Below are positions 27,524-35,409 of a DNA stretch of 36,609 nucleotides, one piece after another. Every line of letters begins with the position of its first letter. Position 1 is the first letter of the stretch. The DNA is from an uncultured Dechloromonas sp. (GTDB taxonomy: Bacteria; Pseudomonadota; Gammaproteobacteria; Burkholderiales; Rhodocyclaceae): contig CAMKYP010000001.1 in assembly GCA_946477505.1 (NCBI GenBank), positions 1-36,609 of the forward strand, read 5' to 3'. The notes under the pieces are model-generated. The model ran no database searches. It worked only from the letters and a program-made list of their open reading frames with translations, and was not told the DNA's origin. A program made the translations under genes and the position numbers.

Positions 27524-28011
27524 ACCAGTGCCCCGTCGAAGATCACGACGAAGTCAGTGTCGGTGTTCCCAACATCGGCGGCAGCCACTGCCCCGATGTT
27601 GGTGCGGGCCTGCAGTTGCTCGGCGACCGTCAAGGTTTGCGGCGCGTCGAAGCGCACCCGCAGATTGACTGCGGCCAGGATTGCATCCAGCCCCGTGGTG
27701 CCGTTCTGCAGCAACTGCTGAATCTCGACCAAGGTGTCGTAAGCCGCGTCCGCCCCGCCGAGGATGTCGGCTTTTAGCGCATCAAGCAGTGCGACGATCT
27801 TGTTCGACGAGTAGGTGCTGGTGGTCGCGATCTGGGTGTCGTCGATCGCGGTGGACGAGAGCACAGCCGCTTTCAATTCGTTGATCGCCGCCACCAGACT
27901 GGACTTGTCGGCGGTCGACAGGCTGGCCAGATTGCCGGCGGTGGCGCGGACGTCGTTGAACTCCTGGGCGACCCGGATGACCAGACTCTCGATACGGGTA
28001 GCAAGACTCAT
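27520..28011 (-). CDS. Fibre-shaft-like hypothetical protein (163 aa)
   Basis: LSTADKSSLVAAINEL, AYDTLVEI and EQLQARTNIGA motifs typical of phage fibre proteins; RBS GAGGAG. Confidence 0.65.
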   Translation of the reverse strand: MSLATRIESLVIRVAQEFNDVRATAGNLASLSTADKSSLVAAINELKAAVLSSTAIDDTQIATTSTYSSNKIVALLDALKADILGGADAAYDTLVEIQQLLQNGTTGLDAILAAVNLRVRFDAPQTLTVAEQLQARTNIGAVAAADVGNTDTDFVVIFDGALV

Positions 28012-28026
28012 GAAAACTCCTCAATG

Positions 28027-29994
28027 TCAGGACAGCCAGCGGCTCTTGATGACGCGCCGCCGTGATGGGGTTGCAGAAACAGAAAGGCCACCTCGTTGGG
28101 TGGCCTCGTCTGGGTCGAATGTTTGAATCGGGGGCGGCTCATCCGGTGGCCGTTCCATCCCGAGTTGCCGCTCCAGTTCGCGCCAGTGGCGTTCCTCGAA
28201 GCGATCCAGGCCCGCCGCCGATGCGGCCGCCCGGGCGTACACGTAGCAATCGAGCGCTTCATTGCGCTCGCGCATCTTTTGCCACTCGCGCACCGGAAAG
28301 CCGTTGCGGTCGCGGCGGGTGATCAACTGTTCGGCGCAGAGCTGCTGGATGAATTCGGCGTCGATCTTGGGCAAGTGAACGAAGCCGGTCGGGTAGACGG
28401 TGGTCACACCGTCCTCGCTGACGTCCGCGCTCTTGCGCAAGTTGTTGTAGAACTCCAGCTTTGCAATGCCGACAGCCACGGTGAATACCTTGATGCCCCG
28501 GCGCAGCCTTTTGCCCCCCTGAGAGACATCGATGGCGGTGGGCGTACCGATCAGGGCTGCGCCGCGTGGCACGCCTTTGACGGGCATTACGCGTGAGTCA
28601 CGGCAGGCCCGCACGAAGGCATAGGCTTCCTGCGTCGCAAAACCAGTGTCCAGGGCGAAACGGGCCAGCGGCATGACTGCACCGGATTCATGGGTCCAGG
28701 TTTCGGCCAGCAGTTCTGCCAGTCGTTTCCACACGGCATCGCGAGCTGTGTCGCCCATCAAGACGCGGTGCTCGACCAGCCAGGATGCCTTGCCGCGCCC
28801 GAAAGCCCAGATCGAGGCTTCGATGCGGTCCTTTTGCACGTCGGCCGCGCCGACCAGGAGCAGTCCGCCCTGCGGCACGCGTCCCAGCGGATAGTCCTCG
28901 CGTCGTTCAACCAGCCGTTGCCAGTCGGGCGCCTCGCCTTCCTCAACCCAAGTCTCCCCGAGTTCAGTGTTCTTGAAAGTTTTGATGGCCGCCGCCGAAC
29001 CCGACTCCTTGCTGACTGCCCCTTCCCAAGCCTTGGCGATGTCTTGCCAACTGCGCCAGCCCACCGGGCTGTACAGCGACGACAAGTGGAAACCCGCTGT
29101 CCTGCCAGTGGCGTCATCCACCATGGAACGCCACTCACCATGCTCCAGCATCCAGGTCTTGTGATGCTCGGCGATCGCCGTGTCGCAGGATTCGCAGATG
29201 TAGGCTGCCGTTTCGGGCTGCCCCTTGTCCCAGCGCAACTGCTCGAACCGCAGCCACTGCCGGTGCGAACAATGCGGACAGGGCACGAAGTAGCGCCGCT
29301 GGTCGCTGGCCTCGTACTCGCGCTCGATGGCGCTCGCCCCCGAGATCGTCGGCGTCGAGACGATGAAGATCTTGCGCCGGGCGAAGGTGCGGGTGCGCGC
29401 CTCAGCCAGCGAGATCGCATCGCCTTCACCCTCGACGTCCAGCGGATACCCATCGACTTCATCGAGGAACAGGTAGCGCACCGGCATCGAACGCAAGCCC
29501 ACGGCGCTGTTGGCCCCGGTCATCACCAACACGCCGCCACGGAACTCCTTGGCCAGGATGGTGTTGCCTGAATCCCGGCTGCGCGCCGGGGCGATCAGTT
29601 CCACCAGCGCGGCGGATTCCTCGATCAACGGGTCGATCCGCTGCTTGGAGTTGCGCTTGGCCATCTCCACCGTCGGCCATACCGCCATCATGGGGCCGGG
29701 CGCGTGGTGGATCACGTAGCCAATCCAGTTCGATCCCATTTCGGTGGCGCCCAGCTGGGCGGCCTTCATGAACACCACGCGCTCGACCGGCGAGGTCGGC
29801 GACAGGCAATCCATGATCGCCTTCAGGTACGGTGTGCGGCTGGTGCGCCAGCGCCCGGGTTCGGCCGAGGCTTTGCTGGAGAGCATGCGGTGGCGATCGG
29901 ACCATTCGGACACGGTGAGCAGCGGGTCGGGCAACAATCCCTCGCGCCAGGCGCGTTCGATCTCGGCAGCGCCGTCGTAATCAACATCCATCAT
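28027..29994 (-). CDS. terL: Terminase large subunit, GpA family (655 aa)
   Basis: TPYLKAIMD, KAAQLGATE, LFLDEVD, STPT, CPHC...CESC, ADVQKDR and RNEALDCYVYA motifs. Start placed at MMDVDY. Confidence 0.97.
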   Translation of the reverse strand: MMDVDYDGAAEIERAWREGLLPDPLLTVSEWSDRHRMLSSKASAEPGRWRTSRTPYLKAIMDCLSPTSPVERVVFMKAAQLGATEMGSNWIGYVIHHAPGPMMAVWPTVEMAKRNSKQRIDPLIEESAALVELIAPARSRDSGNTILAKEFRGGVLVMTGANSAVGLRSMPVRYLFLDEVDGYPLDVEGEGDAISLAEARTRTFARRKIFIVSTPTISGASAIEREYEASDQRRYFVPCPHCSHRQWLRFEQLRWDKGQPETAAYICESCDTAIAEHHKTWMLEHGEWRSMVDDATGRTAGFHLSSLYSPVGWRSWQDIAKAWEGAVSKESGSAAAIKTFKNTELGETWVEEGEAPDWQRLVERREDYPLGRVPQGGLLLVGAADVQKDRIEASIWAFGRGKASWLVEHRVLMGDTARDAVWKRLAELLAETWTHESGAVMPLARFALDTGFATQEAYAFVRACRDSRVMPVKGVPRGAALIGTPTAIDVSQGGKRLRRGIKVFTVAVGIAKLEFYNNLRKSADVSEDGVTTVYPTGFVHLPKIDAEFIQQLCAEQLITRRDRNGFPVREWQKMRERNEALDCYVYARAAASAAGLDRFEERHWRELERQLGMERPPDEPPPIQTFDPDEATQRGGLSVSATPSRRRVIKSRWLS

Positions 29995-30539
29995 CAGTCC
30001 ACCCGGGGCTTGAGTTCGCCCAGTTCCTGCAAGTGCTCGCGCACGGCGGCTTCCAGCGCCACGTGCATCGTGTGAGGATCGACCGCCAGCTTGGCGGCCA
30101 TCTGTGCCGAAACACGAGCCGGCCAGTTCAACCAAGCATCACGCTCTGAACGGGCAAGCTTGAAGACATGGGCGATGGCCTGGGAGCGGTCGATCAGTTC
30201 GCCTTTGAGGCGAGCCAGCCGGACCTTGTTGGTCTGCGCCTTGACCACCTCGTTGACCGTTCGCGCCTGCAACAGCGAGGTGCCACCACCTGCGCTGCCG
30301 GACATGGACCCGGCGCTTTCGCCGCTCTGAGTTCCCGCTTCTGGCACCGCCACTTTGATGGCCTTGGCCTGGCTGCCACTGCGTGGCGCCTCGGTGTTGC
30401 GTGCCCACTCTCTGTCCGTCCGTTCGGGGTCCAGTGTTCCGTCCGCTTCTGGGGTAATGCGACCTGCGGTGATCGCCTTGCGCACCGCTGCGTCAGAAAC
30501 CCCTCGGTGGCGTGCATAGGCACGAATAGAAATACCCAT
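29994..30539 (-). CDS. terS: Terminase small subunit (Nu1-like, 181 aa)
   Basis: N-terminal HTH (SIRAYARHRGVSDAAVRKAI) and RLARLKGELID coiled coil. Coupled to terL. Confidence 0.8.
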   Translation of the reverse strand: MGISIRAYARHRGVSDAAVRKAITAGRITPEADGTLDPERTDREWARNTEAPRSGSQAKAIKVAVPEAGTQSGESAGSMSGSAGGGTSLLQARTVNEVVKAQTNKVRLARLKGELIDRSQAIAHVFKLARSERDAWLNWPARVSAQMAAKLAVDPHTMHVALEAAVREHLQELGELKPRVD

Positions 30540-30589
30540 TTGAAACCCCGCGGGCCCCTTCAAATTTGTTCGTCAGTCCATCGGAATTC

Positions 30590-30620
30590 GCTTGGCTTCA
30601 GGTGGGAACAGCGCGTTCAT
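30590..30620 (+). promoter_or_regulatory. Conserved upstream element, copy 1
   Basis: GCTTGGCTTC-AGGTGG-GAACAGCGCGTTCAT, 33 nt before the ATG at 30654. Confidence 0.8.
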
Positions 30621-30653
30621 ACGTTCGTCATCAACGCCATCGAAAGACACGAA

Positions 30654-30851
30654 ATGAACCAGCTCGAGCAACTCCTGACGCAGATCGCCCAGCAACACCT
30701 CCACATCGAAACCCTGGAAACGCGCCGGTCGGACAGCCTGGACTTCCACGACGTGGCTGTCTGGTGTTTGCGCGATGCCCTGGAAGCCGCCTTCAACGCA
30801 GGCATCGAACAAGGTCGCAAGGCAACGAAGTCGAATCGCGCCAAAGGCTGA
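30654..30851 (+). CDS. Small protein, DUF6900-like (65 aa)
   Basis: IAQQHLHIETLETRRSDSLDFHDVAVWCLRDALEAAFNAG. Follows repeat copy 1. Confidence 0.75.
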   Translation: MNQLEQLLTQIAQQHLHIETLETRRSDSLDFHDVAVWCLRDALEAAFNAGIEQGRKATKSNRAKG

Positions 30852-30880
30852 GCAGAAACAGCCAAAGCCCAGCAACAAAC

Positions 30881-30911
30881 GCTTGGCTTCACTCCCGAAC
30901 AGCGCGTTCAT
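30881..30911 (+). promoter_or_regulatory. Conserved upstream element, copy 2
   Basis: GCTTGGCTTC-ACTCCC-GAACAGCGCGTTCAT, 36 nt before the ATG at 30948. Confidence 0.8.
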
Positions 30912-30947
30912 CACGTCACCGCATCAACACATCCAAAGGAGCAGAAA

Positions 30948-31493
30948 ATGACCACCACCCAACTGACCCCAGCCCAGCACGCGATCCTTGCCTACGCCCT
31001 CGAACACACCGGCGGCAAGATCAACTGGTTCCCCGACAACATCAAAGGCGGCGCACGCAAAAAGGTGCTCGACGGCCTGTTCAACCGCGCCATGATCACC
31101 ACCGACGGCACCGACTGGTTCATCGCCGCCGAAGGCTATGACGCGATGGGGCGCGAGCGACCCCATCTCGAAGCCGCCCGCCAACCCACCACCATGCCCC
31201 TGGATGCTGACCCCGAAATCGAAGCCGCCGTAACGGCCGCCGAGACGGAGTGGGCACAGAACAAGTTCCCGGTGCCAGCCAAACCACGCACCCGCGAGAA
31301 CAGCAAGCAAGCCGAGGTGATCAAGATGCTGCAACGTCCCGAAGGCGCAACCATCGGCCAGATCTGCACAGCCACCGGTTGGCAGGCGCACACGGTGCGC
31401 GGCACCTTCGCCGGCGCCTTCAAGAAAAAGCTGGGCCTGACCATCGTCTCGGACAAGCCGCAGGGCGGCGAGCGGGTGTACCGCATCGCATGA
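30948..31493 (+). CDS. DUF3489-like winged-helix protein (181 aa)
   Basis: SKQAEVIKMLQRPEGATIGQICTATGWQAHTVRG...KKKLGL...RVYRI; RBS AAGGAG. Confidence 0.85.
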   Translation: MTTTQLTPAQHAILAYALEHTGGKINWFPDNIKGGARKKVLDGLFNRAMITTDGTDWFIAAEGYDAMGRERPHLEAARQPTTMPLDADPEIEAAVTAAETEWAQNKFPVPAKPRTRENSKQAEVIKMLQRPEGATIGQICTATGWQAHTVRGTFAGAFKKKLGLTIVSDKPQGGERVYRIA

Positions 31494-31523
31494 CCAGAAA
31501 GATCGACAAAGAAGCCAAGCGAC

Positions 31524-31554
31524 GCTTGGCTTCCTGCTTGAACAGCGCGTTCAT
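31524..31554 (+). promoter_or_regulatory. Conserved upstream element, copy 3
   Basis: GCTTGGCTTC-CTGCTT-GAACAGCGCGTTCAT, 41 nt before the ATG at 31596. Confidence 0.8.
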
Positions 31555-31595
31555 GTGGATGTCGTGATTGACGACGCCTAAAAAGGAAAACCGCC

Positions 31596-31955
31596 ATGAG
31601 CACCATGACCCTCACCATCGAACGCAGCCCGCGCTCCCTGCAGTTCGGCAACACCACCCTACAGGTTGAGGAGTTGAGCATCCGTCTACCATTCGCCCGC
31701 AAGCCGGCCGACCTCAGCGAACTGGGTGGAAGCGACTCCCACAAGATCTACGTCACCGAGACCAAGGAACTCACCACCGCCGAGTTCGATGCTTTTGCAG
31801 GAAGCCTGCTGGTCTCACGCGATTGGCTGCGCGGCAAGGGAGGCGGCACCGGCGACGGCTACCTCTGCGTGGAGGTCACCGCACCCGGACGCCCCTACCT
31901 CTACGTCAATCCCGAAGGTGGAGATTACGCTCGGTACGTGGCGCGTTTGGGGTGA
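31596..31955 (+). CDS. Hypothetical protein (119 aa)
   Basis: RBS AAGGA; follows repeat copy 3; C-terminal YVNPEGGDYARYV. Confidence 0.75.
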   Translation: MSTMTLTIERSPRSLQFGNTTLQVEELSIRLPFARKPADLSELGGSDSHKIYVTETKELTTAEFDAFAGSLLVSRDWLRGKGGGTGDGYLCVEVTAPGRPYLYVNPEGGDYARYVARLG

Positions 31956-31985
31956 TCGAATTGTTCGAGAAAGATGCCAAGAGCA

Positions 31986-32016
31986 GCTTGGCTTCTCCAT
32001 CGAACAGCGCGTTACT
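31986..32016 (+). promoter_or_regulatory. Conserved upstream element, copy 4
   Basis: GCTTGGCTTC-TCCATC-GAACAGCGCGTTACT, 38 nt before the ATG at 32055. Confidence 0.75.
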
Positions 32017-32054
32017 ACGGGTGTCGCAACGATCAACCTGAAGGAGAAAGTACC

Positions 32055-32420
32055 ATGACGACCAACCAAATCCCCGCCACCCAGAACGATGCCTGGGGTT
32101 TTTGGGGCACGATGAACGAGCACGCCAGCGTCGCATGGCCCTTGGCGATGAACGCCATTTCCAATGCCACGGGCGAGTCCCTCGAATCAGTTCGGATCTT
32201 CCTCGACAGCCGCCACGGACGTCATTTTGCGGACGGGGTTCAGGACGGTCTGTACCAAGGACTGACCCTCCAGGACGCAATCCTTGCCACTACCCAGCAG
32301 TGGATGGGCTGGACGATCGGCCGCACCACCAGCAAGCAGCACGGCATCCCGCGCGGCTTGCCTTACCTGACGGGCTTTGTCGTGCATTGCGCCATCCTCG
32401 ACGAAGCGTTGGCCGCGTGA
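32055..32420 (+). CDS. Hypothetical protein (121 aa)
   Basis: RBS AAGGAG before MTTNQIPATQNDAWGFWGT; contains FLDSRHGRHFAD. Confidence 0.75.
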   Translation: MTTNQIPATQNDAWGFWGTMNEHASVAWPLAMNAISNATGESLESVRIFLDSRHGRHFADGVQDGLYQGLTLQDAILATTQQWMGWTIGRTTSKQHGIPRGLPYLTGFVVHCAILDEALAA

Positions 32421-32431
32421 AGGAGCTCGAG

Positions 32432-32644
32432 ATGCACAACGCAAACCAACTCGCCACCCACAACATCGAACACAACTACGATCGGTTCGTCACCGAACTC
32501 ACCGCACTCACCCAGAAATACGGCGTGGCCATTCGATCAGTCGGCGGCGTCATCCTCGCCGAGCATGTCGGAGAGTTCCGAGATGTCACCTACGTGGCCG
32601 ACATCACCAGCGGAGATATCTACCCCGACTTCCCTGATGCCTGA
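32432..32644 (+). CDS. Small acidic hypothetical protein (70 aa)
   Basis: RBS AAGGAG at 32420-32425; MHNANQL...LTQKYGVAIRSVGGV...YVADITSGDIYP. Confidence 0.6.
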   Translation: MHNANQLATHNIEHNYDRFVTELTALTQKYGVAIRSVGGVILAEHVGEFRDVTYVADITSGDIYPDFPDA

Positions 32645-33877
32645 GAGGGCGTCAAACGTTGCACCATCCGATTCCCGGGTGGCTTGCTTGCCCGTCCAAT
32701 CTTGCCAGCGGCGCACGATCACATCGACGTACTTGGGGTCGAGTTCGATCAGCCGCGCCATCCGCCCCGTTTTCTCGGCGGCGATCAGCGTCGTGCCGGA
32801 ACCGCCAAAGGGATCAAGCACCACGTTGCCGGGTCGACTCGAATTGCGGATCGCCCGCTCGACCAGCTCTACCGGCTTCATCGTCGGGTGCAGGTCGTTC
32901 TTCTGCGGCTTCTTGATGTTCCAGACGTCGCCCTGGTCGCGGTCGCCACACCAGTGGCGTTGTGCCCCCTCGGGCCATCCGTACAGGATCGGCTCGTACT
33001 GGCGCTGGTAGTCGGCACGGCCCAGCGTGAAGGTGTTCTTGGCCCAGATGATGAACGTCGACCACTTGCCACCGGCAGCGCGAAAGGCTGCCTGCAGCAC
33101 ATCCAGTTCGCTGGAGGACATCGCCACGTAGATCCCGCCTCGGCAATGGGCGACGGTCGGCGTCAGCGCTGCCAACAGAAAATCGTAGAAGCCATCGCCG
33201 AGGTTGTCGTTCAGAATCGCACGATCCTTGCCGCGCATCTTGTCCTTGGCGCTGTTAGCGTAGTTCACGTTGTACGGTGGGTCGGTGAAGACCATGTCCA
33301 CCGGCTCGCCATCGAGAACCCGGTCGTAGCTCTCAGTCACAGTGGAATCGCCACACAGCAGGCGGTGACCGCCGAGCAACCAGACATCACCCGGGCGCGA
33401 GACTGGTGTCTCGGACACCTCCGGCACGGCGTCGTCATCGGTTTCGCCTTCGCCATCCGGCTCGTCGCCCGCCATCAATTCGGCCAGCGCATCGGCATCG
33501 AAGCCGGTCAGCGTCAGGTCAAAGGCATCGTCCTGCAGTGATGCAATCTCGATGCGCAGCATCGCGTCGTCCCAGCCTGCGTTCTCGGCAATGCGGTTGT
33601 CCGCGATGACCAGGGCCCGGCGCTGGGTCGGCGTCAGGTGATCGAGCACGACCACCGGCACCACTTCCAGTCCAAGTTTCTGGGCAGCGGCCAGCCGCCC
33701 ATGTCCGGCAACGATGACGCCGTCGCTGCCCGCCAGGATTGGATTGGTGAATCCGAACTCCGCGATGCTGGCGGCGATCTGCGCCACCTGATCGTCCGAG
33801 TGGGTGCGCGCGTTGCGGGCGTAGGGCAGCAGCTTGGCGGTCGGCCACTGCTCGATCTTGTCGGCCAACCAGTTCAT
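32537..33877 (-). CDS. ParB/Srx-fused beta-class DNA methyltransferase (DPPY, likely N6-adenine)
   Basis: N-terminal PYARNARTH...VAGHGRL...IADNR, then TDPPY, HPTMKP and LDPFGGSGTT. Confidence 0.93.
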   Translation of the reverse strand: MNWLADKIEQWPTAKLLPYARNARTHSDDQVAQIAASIAEFGFTNPILAGSDGVIVAGHGRLAAAQKLGLEVVPVVVLDHLTPTQRRALVIADNRIAENAGWDDAMLRIEIASLQDDAFDLTLTGFDADALAELMAGDEPDGEGETDDDAVPEVSETPVSRPGDVWLLGGHRLLCGDSTVTESYDRVLDGEPVDMVFTDPPYNVNYANSAKDKMRGKDRAILNDNLGDGFYDFLLAALTPTVAHCRGGIYVAMSSSELDVLQAAFRAAGGKWSTFIIWAKNTFTLGRADYQRQYEPILYGWPEGAQRHWCGDRDQGDVWNIKKPQKNDLHPTMKPVELVERAIRNSSRPGNVVLDPFGGSGTTLIAAEKTGRMARLIELDPKYVDVIVRRWQDWTGKQATRESDGATFDALSGIREVGVDISAGDVGHVGDISELSDMLGEDDAAD

Positions 33878-35277
33878 GCCGCCACCTCTGTTTCGCGTTC
33901 AGTTGCGACCTCGCTGAAGGACCGGCCACTCGCGACCAAGATCACCGGCACATCGGGATGGTTCTGCTGGAAGCGTTTGATGGCGACATCCACATATTCG
34001 GGTGCGATCTCGACGCTGCGGCAGATGCGACCCGTGCGCTGCGCGGCCAACATCGTCGTACCGCTGCCACCGAAGGGTTCGAACACGATGTCGCCCGCAT
34101 CCGTGTAGGCCTCGATCACGAACTCCGGCAGCGCCACCGGGAATACGGCCGGGTGGTCGATGTCCTGCCCGATCTTGCCCTTGTGGCGCATCACACGGAT
34201 CACCGAGTCGGGGATGCGTGTGTCCTGCGTCGGTTGACCCTTGTGCGTCCAGCCGCCCACCTCGCCATCCTTGCCGCGCATTGCCGTGGACGAGCCATCG
34301 GCGCGCAGGTGGGACTCCTGACCGGCGTGCTTGCAGGGCACGATCTTGTTGGGCTTGCGGCTGGTGCGATTGAAGTGAAAGACGAACTCAAAGCTCGGGG
34401 CGAAGCGGCCAGCCCAGTCACCAGGCATCCCCGGCCCCTGGTCCCAGACGTACCAGGCAAAGCGCCGCCATCCCTGCGTGCGCATCCAGCCGAGCCACGC
34501 ATCCCAATACGTGATCACTTCGTTGTCGCGGTGGATCAGCCCGAGATTGACCAGTACCTGGCCATCGCTGCCCATTGGCACATTGGCAAACACGCCTCGC
34601 ATCAGGCCATCCCAATCGGTGATACCACCGGACGTGTAGTCGCGTTGGTTGCCGTAGGGCGGCGAGGTGAAGCACAGACGTGCGGAGTCACCCTGCATCA
34701 GCGTGGCGACCACGGTCGGATCGGTGGCATCGCCGCAGATTAGCCGGTGCGAACCGATAGCCCAGACGTCACCGTTGCGGGAGACCGGCACCACGGGTGC
34801 CTCCGGCACGTCGTCGGTCGCGTCCGGCGCATCGGCGTCCACGTCCTTGTCGGCGTCACCAGTGACCACGTCGTCAGCGAGCAGTGCATCGATCTCGGTA
34901 TCCTCGAAACCGGTCAGCGCAAGGTCGTAGCCAGCCTCGGACAGCTCGGCCATCTCCAGCGCCAGCAGTTCCTCGTTCCAGCCCGCATCAAGGGCCAGGC
35001 GGTTATCTGAGATGACGTAGGCGCGCTTCTGCGTGGGCGACAGGTGGGCCAACTCGATGACCGGCACCTGATCCAGCCCCAGTTTGCGCGCGGCCGCCAA
35101 ACGGCCGTGGCCCGCGATGATGCCGTTGTCGCCGTCGACCAGCACCGGATTCGTCCAGCCGTACTCGACGATGCTGGCGGCAAGCTTGGCCACCTGCTCA
35201 TCGCTGTGCGTGCGCGGGTTACGGGCGTAGGGGATCAGCGCCTCGACCTTGCGGTACTCGACGTTGAGGGTGTTCAA
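33874..35277 (-). CDS. ParB/Srx-fused beta-class DNA methyltransferase (SPPY, possibly N4-cytosine)
   Basis: N-terminal PYARNPRTH...IAGHGRL...ISDNR, then TSPPY, HPAVFP and FEPFGGSGTT; TTG start. Confidence 0.93.
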   Translation of the reverse strand: MNTLNVEYRKVEALIPYARNPRTHSDEQVAKLAASIVEYGWTNPVLVDGDNGIIAGHGRLAAARKLGLDQVPVIELAHLSPTQKRAYVISDNRLALDAGWNEELLALEMAELSEAGYDLALTGFEDTEIDALLADDVVTGDADKDVDADAPDATDDVPEAPVVPVSRNGDVWAIGSHRLICGDATDPTVVATLMQGDSARLCFTSPPYGNQRDYTSGGITDWDGLMRGVFANVPMGSDGQVLVNLGLIHRDNEVITYWDAWLGWMRTQGWRRFAWYVWDQGPGMPGDWAGRFAPSFEFVFHFNRTSRKPNKIVPCKHAGQESHLRADGSSTAMRGKDGEVGGWTHKGQPTQDTRIPDSVIRVMRHKGKIGQDIDHPAVFPVALPEFVIEAYTDAGDIVFEPFGGSGTTMLAAQRTGRICRSVEIAPEYVDVAIKRFQQNHPDVPVILVASGRSFSEVATERETEVAA

Positions 35278-35290
35278 AGAGGGTGTCCTG

Positions 35291-35330
35291 AAAATAGAAA
35301 ACCCGCCGACGGATATGCCGTGGGCGGGTT
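35291..35330 (-). terminator. Intrinsic terminator-like hairpin just upstream of the methyltransferase genes
   Basis: Minus strand AACCCGCC-CACGGCATATCCGTC-GGCGGGTT followed by TTCTATTTT. Confidence 0.6.
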
Positions 35331-35342
35331 CGTGAATGATGT

Positions 35343-35395
35343 GGGTGCGTACCCGGGGTGCGAACTGCGAACCATGCGAACCTAAGTTCGCACCC
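35343..35395. repeat. Cluster of TGCGAAC repeats (three direct, one inverted, one degenerate)
   Basis: GGGTGCGAAC (35356-35365), TGCGAAC (35366-35372), TGCGAAC (35375-35381), GTTCGCACCC (35386-35395), GGGTGCGTAC (35343-35352). Confidence 0.75.
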
Positions 35396-35409
35396 TGACG
35401 CTAAAAAAG

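Noticed and set aside
29995-30135. N-terminal extension of terL in the ORF track (702 aa)
   Set aside because: It overlaps terS by 140 nt. The coupled ATG at 29994 is the more plausible start. Similar over-extended starts were trimmed for several other genes.
30606-30618. LexA/SOS box
   Set aside because: The GAAC-N5-GTTC spacing matches neither the Firmicutes (N4), the alphaproteobacterial (GTTC-N7-GTTC) nor the beta/gamma (CTGT-N8-ACAG) consensus.
30590-32016. CRISPR array or integron attC interpretation of the four repeats
   Set aside because: The repeats are 291-643 bp apart, separated by whole genes, and have a variable internal 6-mer. There are no cas or intI genes and no RYYYAAC...GTTRRRY long palindromic attC structure.
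32537-35277. Restriction-modification system or plasmid partition locus
   Set aside because: There is no endonuclease and no ParA. The ParB-like domains are N-terminal fusions to orphan phage methyltransferases.
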